The notes under the pieces are model-generated. The model searched no databases. It saw only the letters and a program-made list of their open reading frames with translations, and was not told the origin of the DNA. Below are positions 26,969 through 40,269 of a stretch of DNA of 64,000 nucleotides, piece after piece. Position 1 is the first letter of the stretch. Each line of letters opens with the position of its first letter. Position numbers and translations under genes: made by a program. Source of the DNA: Hydrolagus affinis (lineage: Eukaryota); contig JAAILG010000227.1 in NCBI GenBank assembly GCA_012026655.1, positions 1-64,000 of the forward strand, read 5' to 3'.

Positions 26969-27380
26969 TGGGAGTTCCGTAGCGTAATGGTTAGCTCACT
27001 CGCCTCGCGAGTGAGAGGATCCAGGTTTGATTCCCAGGCATTGCAAAACCTTAGGCAAGTTTCTTTACTGCATGTGTCTCTGTTTGTGGATTGCTTTTCA
27101 GGAGTAAGAATCCCTCCCCAAAACTTTGCTCACTCAACCCACGACTGTGTGGGACACTGCCGTACACAATTGGCTGCTTTTGTGTACAATTGTGCAATTG
27201 TGTACCTTGAAGAGTACACAAACACTCCATTTTACAATATATCTTTGAAGCACTTTGAGATGTCTCATAGGCAACAACAACAAAATCACAGATGTATAGC
27301 GCCTTTCACATCAGGAGGACATCCCAAGGTTCTGAAACATGATAAGGCGCTATATCAAATGCAAGGAATATTATTATTTA
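26969..27380 (+). mobile_element. tRNA-SINE with a nested antisense L2 tail (27271-27332)
   Basis: gtagcgtaatggttagc A box, ggtttgattcc B box, aattggctgc, gcgctatatcaaatgcaagg tail. Confidence 0.85.
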
Positions 27381-29119
27381 ATCCAAAATGTGTCCAGCTC
27401 CAATTAATACATTATTTTTTAAACAGAATCTCCAAGCAAACATCAATGCTGCGCTTACTTTTCAATTAGTTTTACCATCACTGTGCAAAGTAAATCCAGC
27501 ATCGGTGCTTGCTCTACCTCTCCTTCCCAACTCCCCACATCCAGTCTAAACACAGCAGAGAGATCTTGCAGCCGTAATTAGCTCAGTAACAGAAAAAGAA
27601 ATAAAAGGAGATTCAAATTATTTACCATGCTGTAATACAATAAAATCAAGTGAAAGCTTCTCCAAAGTGCAAAGCTATAAATACACAGGAAATTTAGACA
27701 TTAACAAGTTCACCAACAAGCTGTAAACCCCAACACAAAGTCAAGGCGACAAGACCTTTCAGCACCTCTGCCTCACGGCCATTTGTTGAGTTTCACATCA
27801 GGCCACAGGAATGCAATCCTCAAATGGAAACACATGGGGTGATGGTCCACAGAGCAGTCAGAATAATACAGTTTGACAATGTGCTCAGGTAATGGGATAA
27901 GTCCATAATTATCACCTACTGTTAAAGCACACTAAACCTACTGCCCTATGGATCACTACCTGATAATGTGCCCCACACAGCAATGCTTTTTTGAATCAGT
28001 TAGCAGATCGCAGGGTGCAAAAGAAGTCAAAGTTCAAAAGCACAAATAAAGCTCGGGAATAGTTCTGAAATGAAGTCTCATGCATAAGGAACTGTGCAAA
28101 GGATAGGATAGGACTAGAAACGATGCGTTAGATTTTCAGTGAGGTATGCTGGTCTGTGGGGATTTACACACAGCCGTGAACATCACAATAAGGTGGGAAG
28201 CCAAACCCCTGGAGCTGCAGAGACTAATGTTGCTCATTAAAAACGTTATGTTTAGCACATTAGCATTTTATAATGCATTGAATGTGTGTTATATGCTGTC
28301 GACACCAACCTCCAAACTTGGCAGCAGGCTGCACATGTAATGAAGGCAGCATTCCTGAAGATGAGATGGCGTGGACCCCACCGTAGGGCATTTTGACCCT
28401 GGATCTGACTACACTGTAAATGCCAAGCAGCCACATTTTTAGAATGATTGGAGCCAAAAAGTAAAGGGCTGTTGGCAGATCAAGCAGCCTAACGCTCCTG
28501 CCACCATTATCCAAAACTAAAATGTGTTTTACTATGGCTGGCCTCTATGGCGGTCTCCTATTTCGCAGAGAAGGTTTTGACACCCATAGGATAACCATTG
28601 TTTACAAACTCCAAAGCTACATTCATATCATGGAACTAAGTCAGTACAAATTTGTTCATTGCTGTAGCATCTGTCCTATTTATAACTGTGGACTGAACTA
28701 CTAGTGTTTGCCATGCTGCAAGAAATAACAAATGCTTTGAATGATTATTTCCATCAATTGTGCTTTACCCCCATTCCCCTTTGTTCCCTTAATTACTTTG
28801 TGGTCATTTTTTTTCTTTTCATTAAAATTAATGGATAACAGTGCTAGGTAATTGGTCATGTTGTCATTTGGATCCTAGTGTAAGGATCAGACATGTTCAG
28901 GTACAATATGGGCCAGAGGCAGTCTCTTCAAGCTCTCTCCAACAATGTACATTAAACCCCAGCTTCAGAAGAGTGCCCCTTATCAAATGATAAAAAAAAA
29001 TGTTTAAACAAATGGTAGTTTTGCGCTGGTCAGCAATGGCTTCTATGAGTGTGATAGAGAATGTCTCAAACTAATTTCATACAATACTTCTGCTGTTAGA
29101 AAAGGGTGATTATTTTGTG

Positions 29120-29310
29120 AGCTCGGTGTCTGACACATGTGGAAACCCATCACCAGTCTTAAGAGAATCCAAACCAAACTGAGATTCCCGTGCATCCCAC
29201 CTACACATGGAAATTCCAGAGACAGATTGTTGGAATGGAATGCACACTCTCTCCTTGGAGGGGTACATCCTGCTTACCTAATTCAGAAATGTATTAGATA
29301 CAGGTTGGCA
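29120..29310 (+). repeat. Unclassified dispersed repeat, copy 2 of 5
   Basis: tctgacacatgtggaaacccatcaccagtcttaagagaatccaaaccaaactgaga...ggaaattcc...ggaatggaatgc. Confidence 0.8.
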
Positions 29311-30015
29311 AGAGCCAAGTACTGTATATTGCATCCTTCTAAAGAGCTAAGCTATTTAACTTTTTCTATGCATTGAGTGTTTTATTTGCTTGTATGGTAT
29401 AATCACACGTGATTTAAGCCCCTAGCTCTACCACACAGCTGATTGCAAAGCAAGCTAAAGTTCTTATGTTCCTATATGTTGCGTCAATGTTTGGGATCCC
29501 GATGAATAGAAATTGGTTCCTAATATGTCCATAACTGTAAGCAAAAATATATTGGTGTACTTATGACACTGTATGGCATTTGGTAGATTCTGCTATGTTT
29601 GGGCTATGCATTAGAGGTAAATTAACCTGTTGGTTGGCTGATGGATTTGTCTGCTGTTAAGTAAACGTTGCCAATTCCTTCACCTGAAATATTATAAAGC
29701 AAAGTGTAAAACAATATTTTTTACTTGAAAGCTTCATGAGTTTAACCATCTAAATGAGACCAATAAAGCTATCCGACTAAGCTTTAGTGAATGTATGAAA
29801 CAAGATTTTTTTTAAGACATTTGTTTTTAGTTACTAAAAACTATTTACTCAACCAAACAGCCTTACATTGAATATTTTCCCAGTATATGTACCTTGCCTG
29901 TCTTTGTCGTTTTTTATGGGAACTCTTGTTTTTGTATAAATTTCACTCAGTTTCTTAAGCCTCCAAATGAATCCCACATGATAAAAATGTGTTCAATTCT
30001 TCTTTCACCCTGCAG

Positions 30016-30087
30016 GCGTCTTGCAGGAAATGACTTGACATACATCCCTATGGGAGCTTTTGCCGGTCTTTACAACCTAAAAGTCCT
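30016..30087 (+). CDS. LGR5: LGR5 exon 3 (LRR)
   Basis: tgcag acceptor, 72 nt, gtaagt donor; RLAGNDLTYIPMGAFAGLYNLKVL. Confidence 0.96.
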
Positions 30088-30910
30088 GTAAGTAAATTCT
30101 TCCTTCATTTGAATTATATTTGTTTGCACTTAGGAAATATGATTCTTAACATGCATATTTTAAAATAGGAGCAGCAACAATAACAATAAAGAAACTTCAC
30201 AACATGAGGATGTCCAGTTAATACATCAAGCATTGCAGAAAATACGTGTAAAATTCTATGCAAAAAGAAGTATTCAGCTTTGAAAACTATTAGTATTCCA
30301 ACAAAAATTCTAATAAGAATCATAAAACTACTGTATTTATAATTCTTGCAATTTTTAAACACTAAGCTAGTTTTGTTCAGGGAAACAAAATACAATACAA
30401 ATTTACATTTATATATACAGTAGTAGCACAATAATACATTTCATATGGATTCCCCATATATTTGAGAGCCGTTTCTAAACAAATTGTAGACTACTGTATT
30501 TTGTAAAAATGTTATCTCCCCCACCAACTTGATACATTTTTACACTGTAGAAGTATACCAAGGAAATAACTAAACCATATTTTATTAAATGAAGCTTTCC
30601 AGTTGATATTCAGTAAAGTGATGGAATTAAAAGGCCCACATTTTATTTTTATTTACTTATACAGTACCTTGTAATACTGGCTAACTGCACCATCTGGTTT
30701 TAAAAATCACCAACTCCATTCATTTCATCCACAAAACACTACACTTTCCAATATATGCTGTGGAGTGCTTTGCCTGACATGAAAAGCACTATACTACAGT
30801 ACATAAACATAAGGATTATTATGATTATTTTAGTTTGCACTGCCAAAAAAGCATGAACCAATATGGATTTAAAATATTCAATACAACTATAATATATGAT
30901 ATTAATAACA

Positions 30911-31200
30911 AAAATCCCTGCATTTGCTATATATAGTATAGTGCTTTTCACATCTTCTCGACGTCTCAAAGACGCTTCATTGAATATACTGTGAAGTGAA
31001 TTGACTGTATATTTGTGGGGAAAACACGGCAGTCAATCTTGTACTGCAATGTCCCACAAACAGCTGCGGATTGAAATTACCAATTTATTATATTTTTGAG
31101 GGATTATTATCAAGCGTGTGGAGTAAAGAAACTTGCCCTGCCTGGAATCGAACCCATGTCGCTTGCTCGCAAGGCAAGTGTTCTAACCACTGAGCTTCAG
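30911..31200 (-). mobile_element. tRNA-SINE, near full length
   Basis: Minus strand gaagctcagtggttagaacacttgccttgcgag...gggttcgattcc, with the same body and tail as 12938-13307. Confidence 0.88.
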
Positions 31201-33247
31201 GCTGTATTTAGTCAATATTTTGAACTCAAAGCTCAGCTGCTTCTATTATTAGGATCATGAAGATATGATAGAACTCCAATTTCATTTCTAATGCTTTATG
31301 TGGGCTTTTGGAGATGATAGTACACCTTGGATAAAGCAGTAATTTCCTGTATTGCCACAGAATAGATATTGCTCTGCACTGCTCTGTGGTTCCTCACAAA
31401 GTTGTTTGAGGCAGAGAGAAAATGCAATCATTTGAGCAATGTTCATTAATCACCTTTGTTTTGCCTATTAAGAAAGCATTTGTCTCGTCTGAGTGATATT
31501 GCCTGGGGATAGAGAAGTTTAGTTGATATTCTCTGGAGAGACAAAAACAGACCTTTGTCAAAAAAATGGTTGTCAACAGAAAATGTATTCAGTTTCTCAA
31601 GAGGAAATGCTATAAGGTGTGAAGAGGATGATTCAAAAGCAGTGGGGAGGGGTGGGGGAGGGATGTGTGTGCTGTCCTGGCTGTTTTGAGGCTGTTCAGA
31701 TTTTGAAGGAAAAGTATGACACATGTTTGATGTAGCACTGTGCAGTAATCACAATGTTTACTGAACACACTAGTTGTAAAAGATTAATTTCTCATTGCCT
31801 CTACAATACAGTAGAGTACAGAATTACATTTGTATTAGAGCCTTCCACATCAGGGGAAATTCCCAAGACGTCCTGGTGACTGGGTCACTTTTTGTTCCAG
31901 TTTGTTAAGTTTTGATACATTTTAGTCTCATTTTCTTATGTTCTCTATTTTTGCCAACCTGTGCCCTTTTATCCCTTCATATATGTTTTTCTGGTCAGCC
32001 AGGTGTCTGATTCGCAGAAACCCAACTGCGTTTACAATAATCCAATTCATACTGAGAGTTCCACATTCGCATGCCATGTACATGTAACTGAGCCTGATAC
32101 AACAACAACTTGGATTTATATAGCACCCTCCACTCCGACTGGCATTGCAAAGCGCTTAATCCCATACTCACCCAACATCTGCGCAAGCAAACTACACAAG
32201 AGGACTGATTAGATAGGTGTGGGACCAGGAACACTAGCTCTGATTTGCTGTGGGACAATCGTAGAACCACAAATTCTAGCTCAACAAATGTATGACAATA
32301 GAACATTGAATATGGGGAAGCACAAGCTGGAGATCATATCTGGAACCTTGGCTAATCTGGTTTAGGTTCACACTGAACAACTGAAGCACATAAAGATCCC
32401 TGACTCTCAAGAGTTTGAATAATCTTTTTTTAAACCCAAAAAGGAATTGATATTTTCACAGGTGAATGTCAAAGATCCAAAGTAGAGGAGAGTTTCTCAG
32501 CAAAAAGCTCAGCAGCTGGATATTGATGATTCTAGGGAAGAGTAAAAAAAATTAAAATTCTCATTTGAAAATGAAGCCATATCATTTGGATTTATTTTGG
32601 CAGGCGAGTGCCTGACATGGGGAAACCCATCACCATGCTTAAGAGTAGCCAAACCAAACTCTTCCATGACCTCCCACCTATATATGGAAATTCCAGAGAT
32701 ATTTATATAACTATCTCTGGAATTTTGCTGCATAGTTAGGATGATGAAACTCTAAAATATCTCAGACACCTGGCAGAACAAAAAAAAAGTTGCATCAATA
32801 TTGTATGCATTTGCAAAGAAGATGTTAACTATCACAAGGAGTATGTTAACAAACATTGTAAATTTCACCTTGCAGCCTCTTAACAGTAAATGTAGAGTCA
32901 ACCTTGCTGCTGAATTTATCTTCCGAAACTTCATGGTTAAGAATACATTTGTGTACAATTGAACCAAAGTCCAGGGTTAAACTTGTCACTTTCAAGCACT
33001 CAGGGATGGTACCTGGCATGAAGGACTCTATATAAATGCAAGTTGTTGTTAAATTTTGTTAGTGGTGCTTATGGTAGTCTAATATCTTTGTAAAACAATT
33101 TTTTTGGTAGTTTTTTTTAATAGAACGAATAGATTTGATAATTGAAATAGTAATAGTAAAACAATTGTGCCATTATTTAGGAAAGAGAACAGCATTTTGA
33201 GATATTTAGATTTATGTTTTAACCCTTCTCGTTTTCCATTTCAACAG

Positions 33248-33319
33248 TATGTTGCAGAACAACCGGCTGAGACAAGTCCCTGACAAGGCAATGCAGAGCT
33301 TGCATGCTCTTCAGTCACT
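33248..33319 (+). CDS. LGR5: LGR5 exon 4 (LRR)
   Basis: caacag acceptor, 72 nt, gtaagt donor; MLQNNRLRQVPDKAMQSLHALQSL. Confidence 0.95.
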
Positions 33320-35679
33320 GTAAGTACTGACTCTCTATAAGCCGCCATACAATATAAAAAAGGTTTGGGTTAACTGCTGTTCAGAGAACAAAGTATGCAT
33401 TGTTAATCCAGCTTGTCCACCAATCGCACTTTTAATACGGCAGTATAGCTATTGCAGGACAGACTGCGACTCAGAAGTGAAAGCTTGAAAATCTGGTAAC
33501 ACTTTTTGTGTTTTTACATTTGTGGACTGTGCCTCTACACTTCAGAACGGAGGTGAGTGCTTGCAGCGGAATGATTTTCTATTCCAAAGTCATGGTATTA
33601 CTGCTATTGTTACCACTGAACTAACAGCAGTGGAGGATGGGAGAGGTGCCATATTATCAAGCAACTGATCCTGGGATATATTTTTTCAATTCCTCTACTG
33701 TTCTTTCAGTCCGAATGTGCTTTAGTTTCTACTCTTAATTGGTTTTGTTGTACCTCACATCATCTGTGACTGAGAGACTGACCTGTTTCCAGGCCAACGT
33801 TACAATACAGCCACCCACAGATTCACCCTGAGATCTGCCTCATTAAGTGACTCTCCTCCTGACTTTCCTCCTGCTTGTTTATCTTACCACAACAGCACAG
33901 AGCAGATCAGAACCTAAGCACGTGCAAATCGTACAGGAATTAGATTGAGCAAAACAGGAGAGTCCAAAGAAAAGGCTAGCAATCAAATCATCTGACATTT
34001 AGATTGCAGAATGGATCAATTTCAAGATCCTCACATGTACAAATCACTTCATTCTTTGGCACCCCCCACCCCATCTTCTCTGGCCTACTTGCACCCCACT
34101 CCTCTACCCTGCATATTATGTGCACATGGGTTGCTAACCCAACTTGGACCCTGGTGTTATAGGAAAGGAATAGTTTGTTTCCTTATCTCCACTGATCTCC
34201 CTTGTCAGAAGTGGCTGTTTGGTGAGGATGGTCCCTGGTGTCTGCTGTCTGGTCCCTACTGTCAGATAGTCCTTTGGCCCTCATTTCCAAACAAGATGTG
34301 AAGAATGATCACTTGAACAAGATTACTGCCTCAAATGGAGACACAGGAGTGAAAAGAAAAACAATCCATTTTGATTATTAGTGTCAGGGTAGAAGAAAAG
34401 GACTTCCAGCATTCATAACAGATAAAACTCAAGCCACTGTTTAATATTTTGGGTAGAGTGACCTAATGTTTCTAGGTTCTGCACAAGTATGGATTGAAAT
34501 ACATCAGCACAAACTCCTGAGTAAGAATTTTATGCCTTTAGCTGTCTTTATGGATCAGGTTGCATGGAGGCTGGCATACATCTTCCATATCTGTGGTTGT
34601 TCATTTTAAAGTGAGAGGAAATAAATTTATAACAAGATGAAATTATTTAAACATCTTCTGTCCTAAGGTAACTCCGTTCAAACAAAGGCCGTATTGTTGG
34701 AGTTTCAGATGCTGATGTGTGTCAAACAGAATTCGGTTCTAAATGACATGACAGCTTCACTTCTAATTCTTTTGTAACCTGAAGTCTCTCCACTATTGAA
34801 CCAAGGCAAATAAAGCTGTCAAGCCTGGAGAATAATATCCAATGACCGGAGAATTAAAATGCATTGGTCAATAGCAGCTTTACAGCAGCTGGGCAGCAGA
34901 CCAAAATAGAATGATAATGGACCAGCACAGTACATGTAGTATCTGCTGACAGAAGGCCATTGATCGAATAAGTCCTTAGAGAAAGGAAACTAGACTTCTT
35001 TTGTTCACTTGGAATTGGGTTGTACTCTGATCAGGTAAAGATGTGCTAAGATTTAGTTTCATGCTCACCACTGCGCAGTAATATTGCATTCAATGGGTGT
35101 TGCATTCTTTATTGCTGCCATAAACTCTGGGTTGCTGTGTTTAACAATGTAAATGTCACACTGAGAGTTATACCAAGCACTAAAACCCATTAAATCGTAC
35201 CTGTGCATAAATCATACTCCTAAGTTTGCAAATTAACCATATCGGTATTAACCCATCTTGTACTTACTAGTGTTTGGAGTCAAATAATTGCAGTTTACCT
35301 CATTAGTTTTGTCATTTCTCCTCTACTCCTCTGAAGGTGATGGCTACTGTATTTACTGGGGTGTATCCTCTATTTGATCTAAATCGCTATTTTTCATCAG
35401 GTGAGTCAATAGGCTCTATTGGTGGGCATGATTTCACAGCCCAATACTCTCCCCAATTGGTTAGTAACTGGCATTAATTTAGTAAGCTTTCATTGAGGCG
35501 TGTCAAGGATGGTTGATATGGAAAATCATGTTGGGAACCAGTAAAAGGTGAATTTAGTAGCATTAAGGGGTCTACAAATGTTTTTCTTGGTTTTTCTGAC
35601 ATTGGGATAAATGCAGAGGAAAAGCAACTTTTTGCCTGACATGCAAAAGCTTAATACTGTCACTGAAATGAATCAATAT

Positions 35680-35932
35680 ACTCTGGAACTCCATCCCACA
35701 TTCCCTTTGCCTTGTTTCCTCCCTTGCCTCCTTCAACACCGGTCTCAAGACTCTCCACTTCAATCGTGCCTTCTGCTGCCCTCCCAACTCTGTCTCTCCC
35801 AACTCTCCCTCTCCTCCCCCCTACCTGCTCCTCCCTTTTGCTCGGGTCCCGACTCTACTGTTCAGCATCTTGGGAAGTCCTCCCAAAGTGAAAGGTGCTC
35901 TATAAATGTAATTTTGTTGTTTTTATTGTTGT
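35680..35932 (+). mobile_element. L2-clade LINE 3' end
   Basis: ctctggaactcc...tccttcaa...ctctataaatgtaattttgttg. Confidence 0.75.
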
Positions 35933-36138
35933 AAATATTTCTTGCATTTGGTATAATCTTGCCTTATCCCTTGAAAATATCAGTGCCTCACAGAATTCTT
36001 CTATACAACATCTGTAGACAAACACAGCAGTCAATTTGCATCGAGCAATATCCTATAAACAGCTGTGAAGCCAGTTTTTGTTATTTAAGAAATTGTTGGC
36101 AAGAACGCTCAGCGAAACTCCCTTCTGTTTTTGAATAT

Positions 36139-36460
36139 AAATAATAATCCTTGCATTTGATATAGCGCTTTTCACATCTTATCAACCTCTCAAAGCACTT
36201 CACAGAATGTACTGTAAAGTGAATTGACTGTATATTTGTGGGCGAAATGTGACAGCCAATTGCGCACAACAGTGTCCCACAAACAGTCATGGATTGAAAT
36301 GACCAATTTTATTATTGTGCTTTTTTTGGATGGATTATTATTAGGCATGTGGAGTAATGAAACTTGCCTAAGGTTTCGCCCTGATCTGCCTAGATTTGAA
36401 TGCAGGTCTCACACTTGTAAGGCGAGTGCTCTAACCACTGAGCTACAGAAGCTCCACATA
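36139..36460 (-). mobile_element. tRNA-SINE nested inside an older minus-strand Deu-SINE (about 35940-36545)
   Basis: Intact head and tail; the Deu text ttttgaata|gtgtcatgggatctttaatgtccacctga is interrupted by it. Confidence 0.85.
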
Positions 36461-39065
36461 GCTCATGAATCCCATGAATAGTGTCATGGGATCTTTAATG
36501 TCCACCTGAACAGGCAGATTAGACTCGGTTTAATGTCTCTCCAACAACGCATTGCACTTTGCCAAAACTAGAAAAGTTCTCCACTGACATAATTTCCATT
36601 TAAAAGTTTGCCAGAAATGCATTTACCAGCATAAAGATAAGCGTGAAACACAAAGCAGTACACTTTTATAGCTATTTTAGTTGCTGGGCTCAGGTGTTTC
36701 TAAATCATGGCAACAAACTGTATCAGCTGAATTTAGTAGCAGAAGAAGAATATAAGTACAGTTCCCTATATACTGTAGTTTTGTTTGCCAACAGTTCTGG
36801 TAAGAAGACTTGTTATTCCAATAGAACAAAATGTTACAAAAGTTCAAAGGCAAGGTTTTAAAGGCTGCAAACTAACCCTGCCCTATAATTATGAGGTTTA
36901 TTGTTTTAATACGTATTGCAGCAAAAGAGGCGAGTTGATTTCTGTAGATAACACTTCATCATTTATGCACTGTCAGCCTTGTTAGCCAAGCGAAGTCCAT
37001 AAATTTTTTCATTGTAATATATCTTTACATAATGGCCTATACAAGATGAAAGTGTACCTATTCAGTCATCTTTTGAATGTTCTTATAAAACATTTTAATT
37101 GTGTCATTTAAGTATGAAGTAAATTATTGAGCCTGTGCAGCTTAATTTCCTGTCATATCAGTTCCACGTTTTACACAGTGGTAGCAAAAGTCATGGAACA
37201 CTAAGTCCAATAGGAGCTCAGTGGGTGTTCAGTCATACCTCATCTGTTTTGATTCAAATAATTCTTAAATAATTCATCTACAGTTATATTTTATGTGCCT
37301 AATTTGTTTTCTCTCAGTCTCTCTCTCTCTCTTCTGGAACACCTTAAACTGCTTGCCTTTTTGAAATGAAATGAAGTATGATTGTACTCTCAAGGGAGTG
37401 TGCAATACCACAGTGGTGTAAAGACACATGTAGGACCCAGTACAATACAGCTCAACTATGCAAGGCAAGGTTTCAAATCTGATTGTTAGCTGAAGTGTGT
37501 CACTTGAAGATTTGCAGCAATTGCATTCTTCATCTCACAATAAACACTTTCATCAAGTCTTAAGCTTTTATGGGACTGTACTAACTTTCCAAGCTTCAAG
37601 TAGGAATTTTTCAAATCTTGACTCTTTAGTCTTTTGTTTCTTCTACTATTTCCCTGTAAGCAGTGATTCATGTTGGAATGTAGTTATGTGGGTGCCAATG
37701 GCTCCCTCCCTTCCCCTGGCCTCAACCAAGTACCTACTCTTTATAAGTGAATGTAGCCTGTGAATGTCAATTTATTTGACTGTGGGAATTGGGTTGAGCT
37801 CTCCTGTATTCTGTTGACAACTAAACACTGGGCTCCAGATAGCGATGAGAAAGGAACCATGGTCAGTTTGCACCTCTGTATCCCAAGAACACAAGGATCA
37901 TTTGCAGTGCCCCAACTCCTGTCCCTGGAAGAGAGATCAGCTTTTGCAGCACAAAGCAGCAGCATGAAATTCCACCAACTATTGACTTCACACCACTTCA
38001 TCTTAAAATTGGAGGTTGCATAGAATTGTGTAAAATTCCTAAATTCAGTCTTAATTTGGAGGCTATCAATTGCGGAAATCTGATTTCCAAATTAAAACAG
38101 AATTTAAGAATTTTACATAATTCAGCGCAATTTTACAATTTGAGACCAACTGGTCCACAGGATTTGAACCAGGGTTCCTTTTGGTCTGTTAATCAAATGG
38201 GGGCATACATTTATCAGTAAAGCCTACCATTTTGTTTTTCTGTTTTCTCTATGCTTTTCATTCTCTCTTTACCATGGCAGGGAGATATGAACAGCAAAAG
38301 CTTAGAGCAGCAGTACATACAATATTAATTGAAAGTGGAACCTGTTGGTTATGAGAGTATGTACATTATAAAGCAAACTGTAGTCATTCCCAACAGATCA
38401 CTGACAGAAATTTGAGTTGCATTGATATGAAAGTTGCACTCGCCCATTGTGGCATGCCAGTTAATATATAGAAGCTTTGATCTCTGATATTCTTTGACAA
38501 TGAAATTCAAAATCCATTCTGTTTGTCCTTGTTTCTTGAGCCTACCAAACCGTGGCATCGGGCCATGAACTGCAGATTCTTTCACAATAAGGAGGGAGGG
38601 TATTTTGATAATAAAGCAGACAGAGACTGCAAACAAAAATGATGAGCACATAATCTTAATAAGTACATTGTACTTTCAATATAGGCACACGATGTTCATG
38701 CATTTCAATATTAGTGCTGTACCCTGCATACTAAATATGGTACCATACATATGGATCGGACATCAATGTTTTATTATTTTTGGCATAGCTTTGCAATGTT
38801 TGTACACTTTCTGTAAGAGGAGTTTACATTAGCTAGTAATGGCAGGGTGTTGAATGTTGAACCAAATTTCCCATTCAGGCCCCACAGAGGGATTTTGAAC
38901 TACATAGGCTGCAATGCAGTGCTTGGGGAGTACCTCATTGCGGTAGGTGTTGTTCTTAATCTGAGATCTCGTGTGCCTGTTGAGAATGGTGTTAAAGAAC
39001 CCATGACTATTCGAAAAGAGAAGGGAGTTTCTCCCACTGTCCTGGCAAACAGTCCTCCAGATAAA

Positions 39066-39237
39066 CAAAACATAAAATACTGCAAATGCTGGAAATCTAC
39101 CACAAAACAGAAGTCCCTGAGAACACTCAGCAGGTCAGGCAGCATCTGTGGAAAAAGGATAGTGAGTCAACGTTTTGGGTCGACGACCCTTCGTCAGTTT
39201 TGATGAAGAGCCATGGACCCGAAACATTGACTCACTA
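39066..39237. mobile_element. Penelope-like terminal repeat ending in head-to-head hammerhead-like cores
   Basis: aaatgctggaaatct...ctcagcaggtcaggcagcatc followed by a 37-bp-arm inverted repeat at 39160-39237; adjoins a Deu-SINE fragment (about 38860-39063). Confidence 0.75.
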
Positions 39238-39469
39238 GCTCCTCCTCCTAGCCCAAGGGGGCTATTATTCACATGTGACTCTTGATCATGAAGTTGTAAT
39301 GGGATATTCAATAGTGGGAGCATTGCAGCTAAGCCTTATTATGCCCTCAGCTTTTTACATGCTGAGGGCACAATAGTAAAAATTGAGTAGAAATTGGTGC
39401 AGCTTTAGCCTTACTATCCTGAGTCAATGAAGGCAATTATAGCATTTCTACTGCTGTTTTGCTGATATC

Positions 39470-39895
39470 TAAGGTTCAAGCCTGGCACAGTCTTGCCTCT
39501 ACGCCAGAATGTTGTGGTTTCAAGCACCACGTTTAAATCACATTGTTTAAGGTGACACTCCAATGCTGCATGTTGCATTGTTGAAGGTGCCATCCTTCGC
39601 AAGAGATGTTAAACCGAGGTCCCATCTGCCTGTTTCAGTGGATGTTAAAGATTCCCTGGCACTATCCGAAGGGAGTTTTTCCCAGCGTCCTGACCAACAA
39701 TCCTTGAGGTAAAATTAGTCATTCACTTCATAGCTATTTGTGGAACATTCTGTATGCAGTGCTGTGTGCAATTCTGAACATTGGCATTTCGATAAACATC
39801 AAATGTTCATTGCACTTCACAGAAATCCTTTGATACATATTGAGATGACCTCCTGACATGAAAGGTGCTTTATCAAATGCAAAGGTGATTATTAT
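39470..39895 (+). mobile_element. Deu-domain SINE, near full length
   Basis: gagatgttaaaccgaggtcccatctgcc...gtggatgttaaagattccctggcactat...gggagtttttcccagcgtcctgaccaac and 3' tail. Confidence 0.8.
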
Positions 39896-40053
39896 CTGCT
39901 AACCAAGCATGGATCAGAGATTGAATCCAGCACCTAGATTAGCCACTGCTTTTGACATATCAGTCACTACACTATAAGATTATCATGTGAAGCTCTTTAA
40001 GACACTTTGATGTGGTAAGGTGCTATGTCCAATTTCATTTTGTGTTTCCCCAG

Positions 40054-40269
40054 GCGATTGGATGCCAACCATATTTCCGTTGTGCCAGCAACCAGTTTCA
40101 AAGGACTTGTTTCCCTTCGACACCTCTGGCTGGATGACAATGCCCTGACTGAAATTCCAGTGGAGGCTCTCTGCAGTTTACCTTGCCTACAGGCTATGAC
40201 ATTGGCCTTGAACAAAATTCCTTACATCCCAGACTATGCATTTGCAAACCTTTCTAGCTTGGTAGTTCT
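40054..40269 (+). CDS. LGR5: LGR5 exon 5 (three LRRs)
   Basis: ccccag acceptor, 216 nt, gtaagt donor; [72 protein letters not shown]. Confidence 0.97.

Noticed and set aside
40011-40020. Cryptic donor G|GTAAG upstream of exon 5
   Set aside because: It would define a 39-nt intron, too short for vertebrate splicing, and no upstream exon is evident
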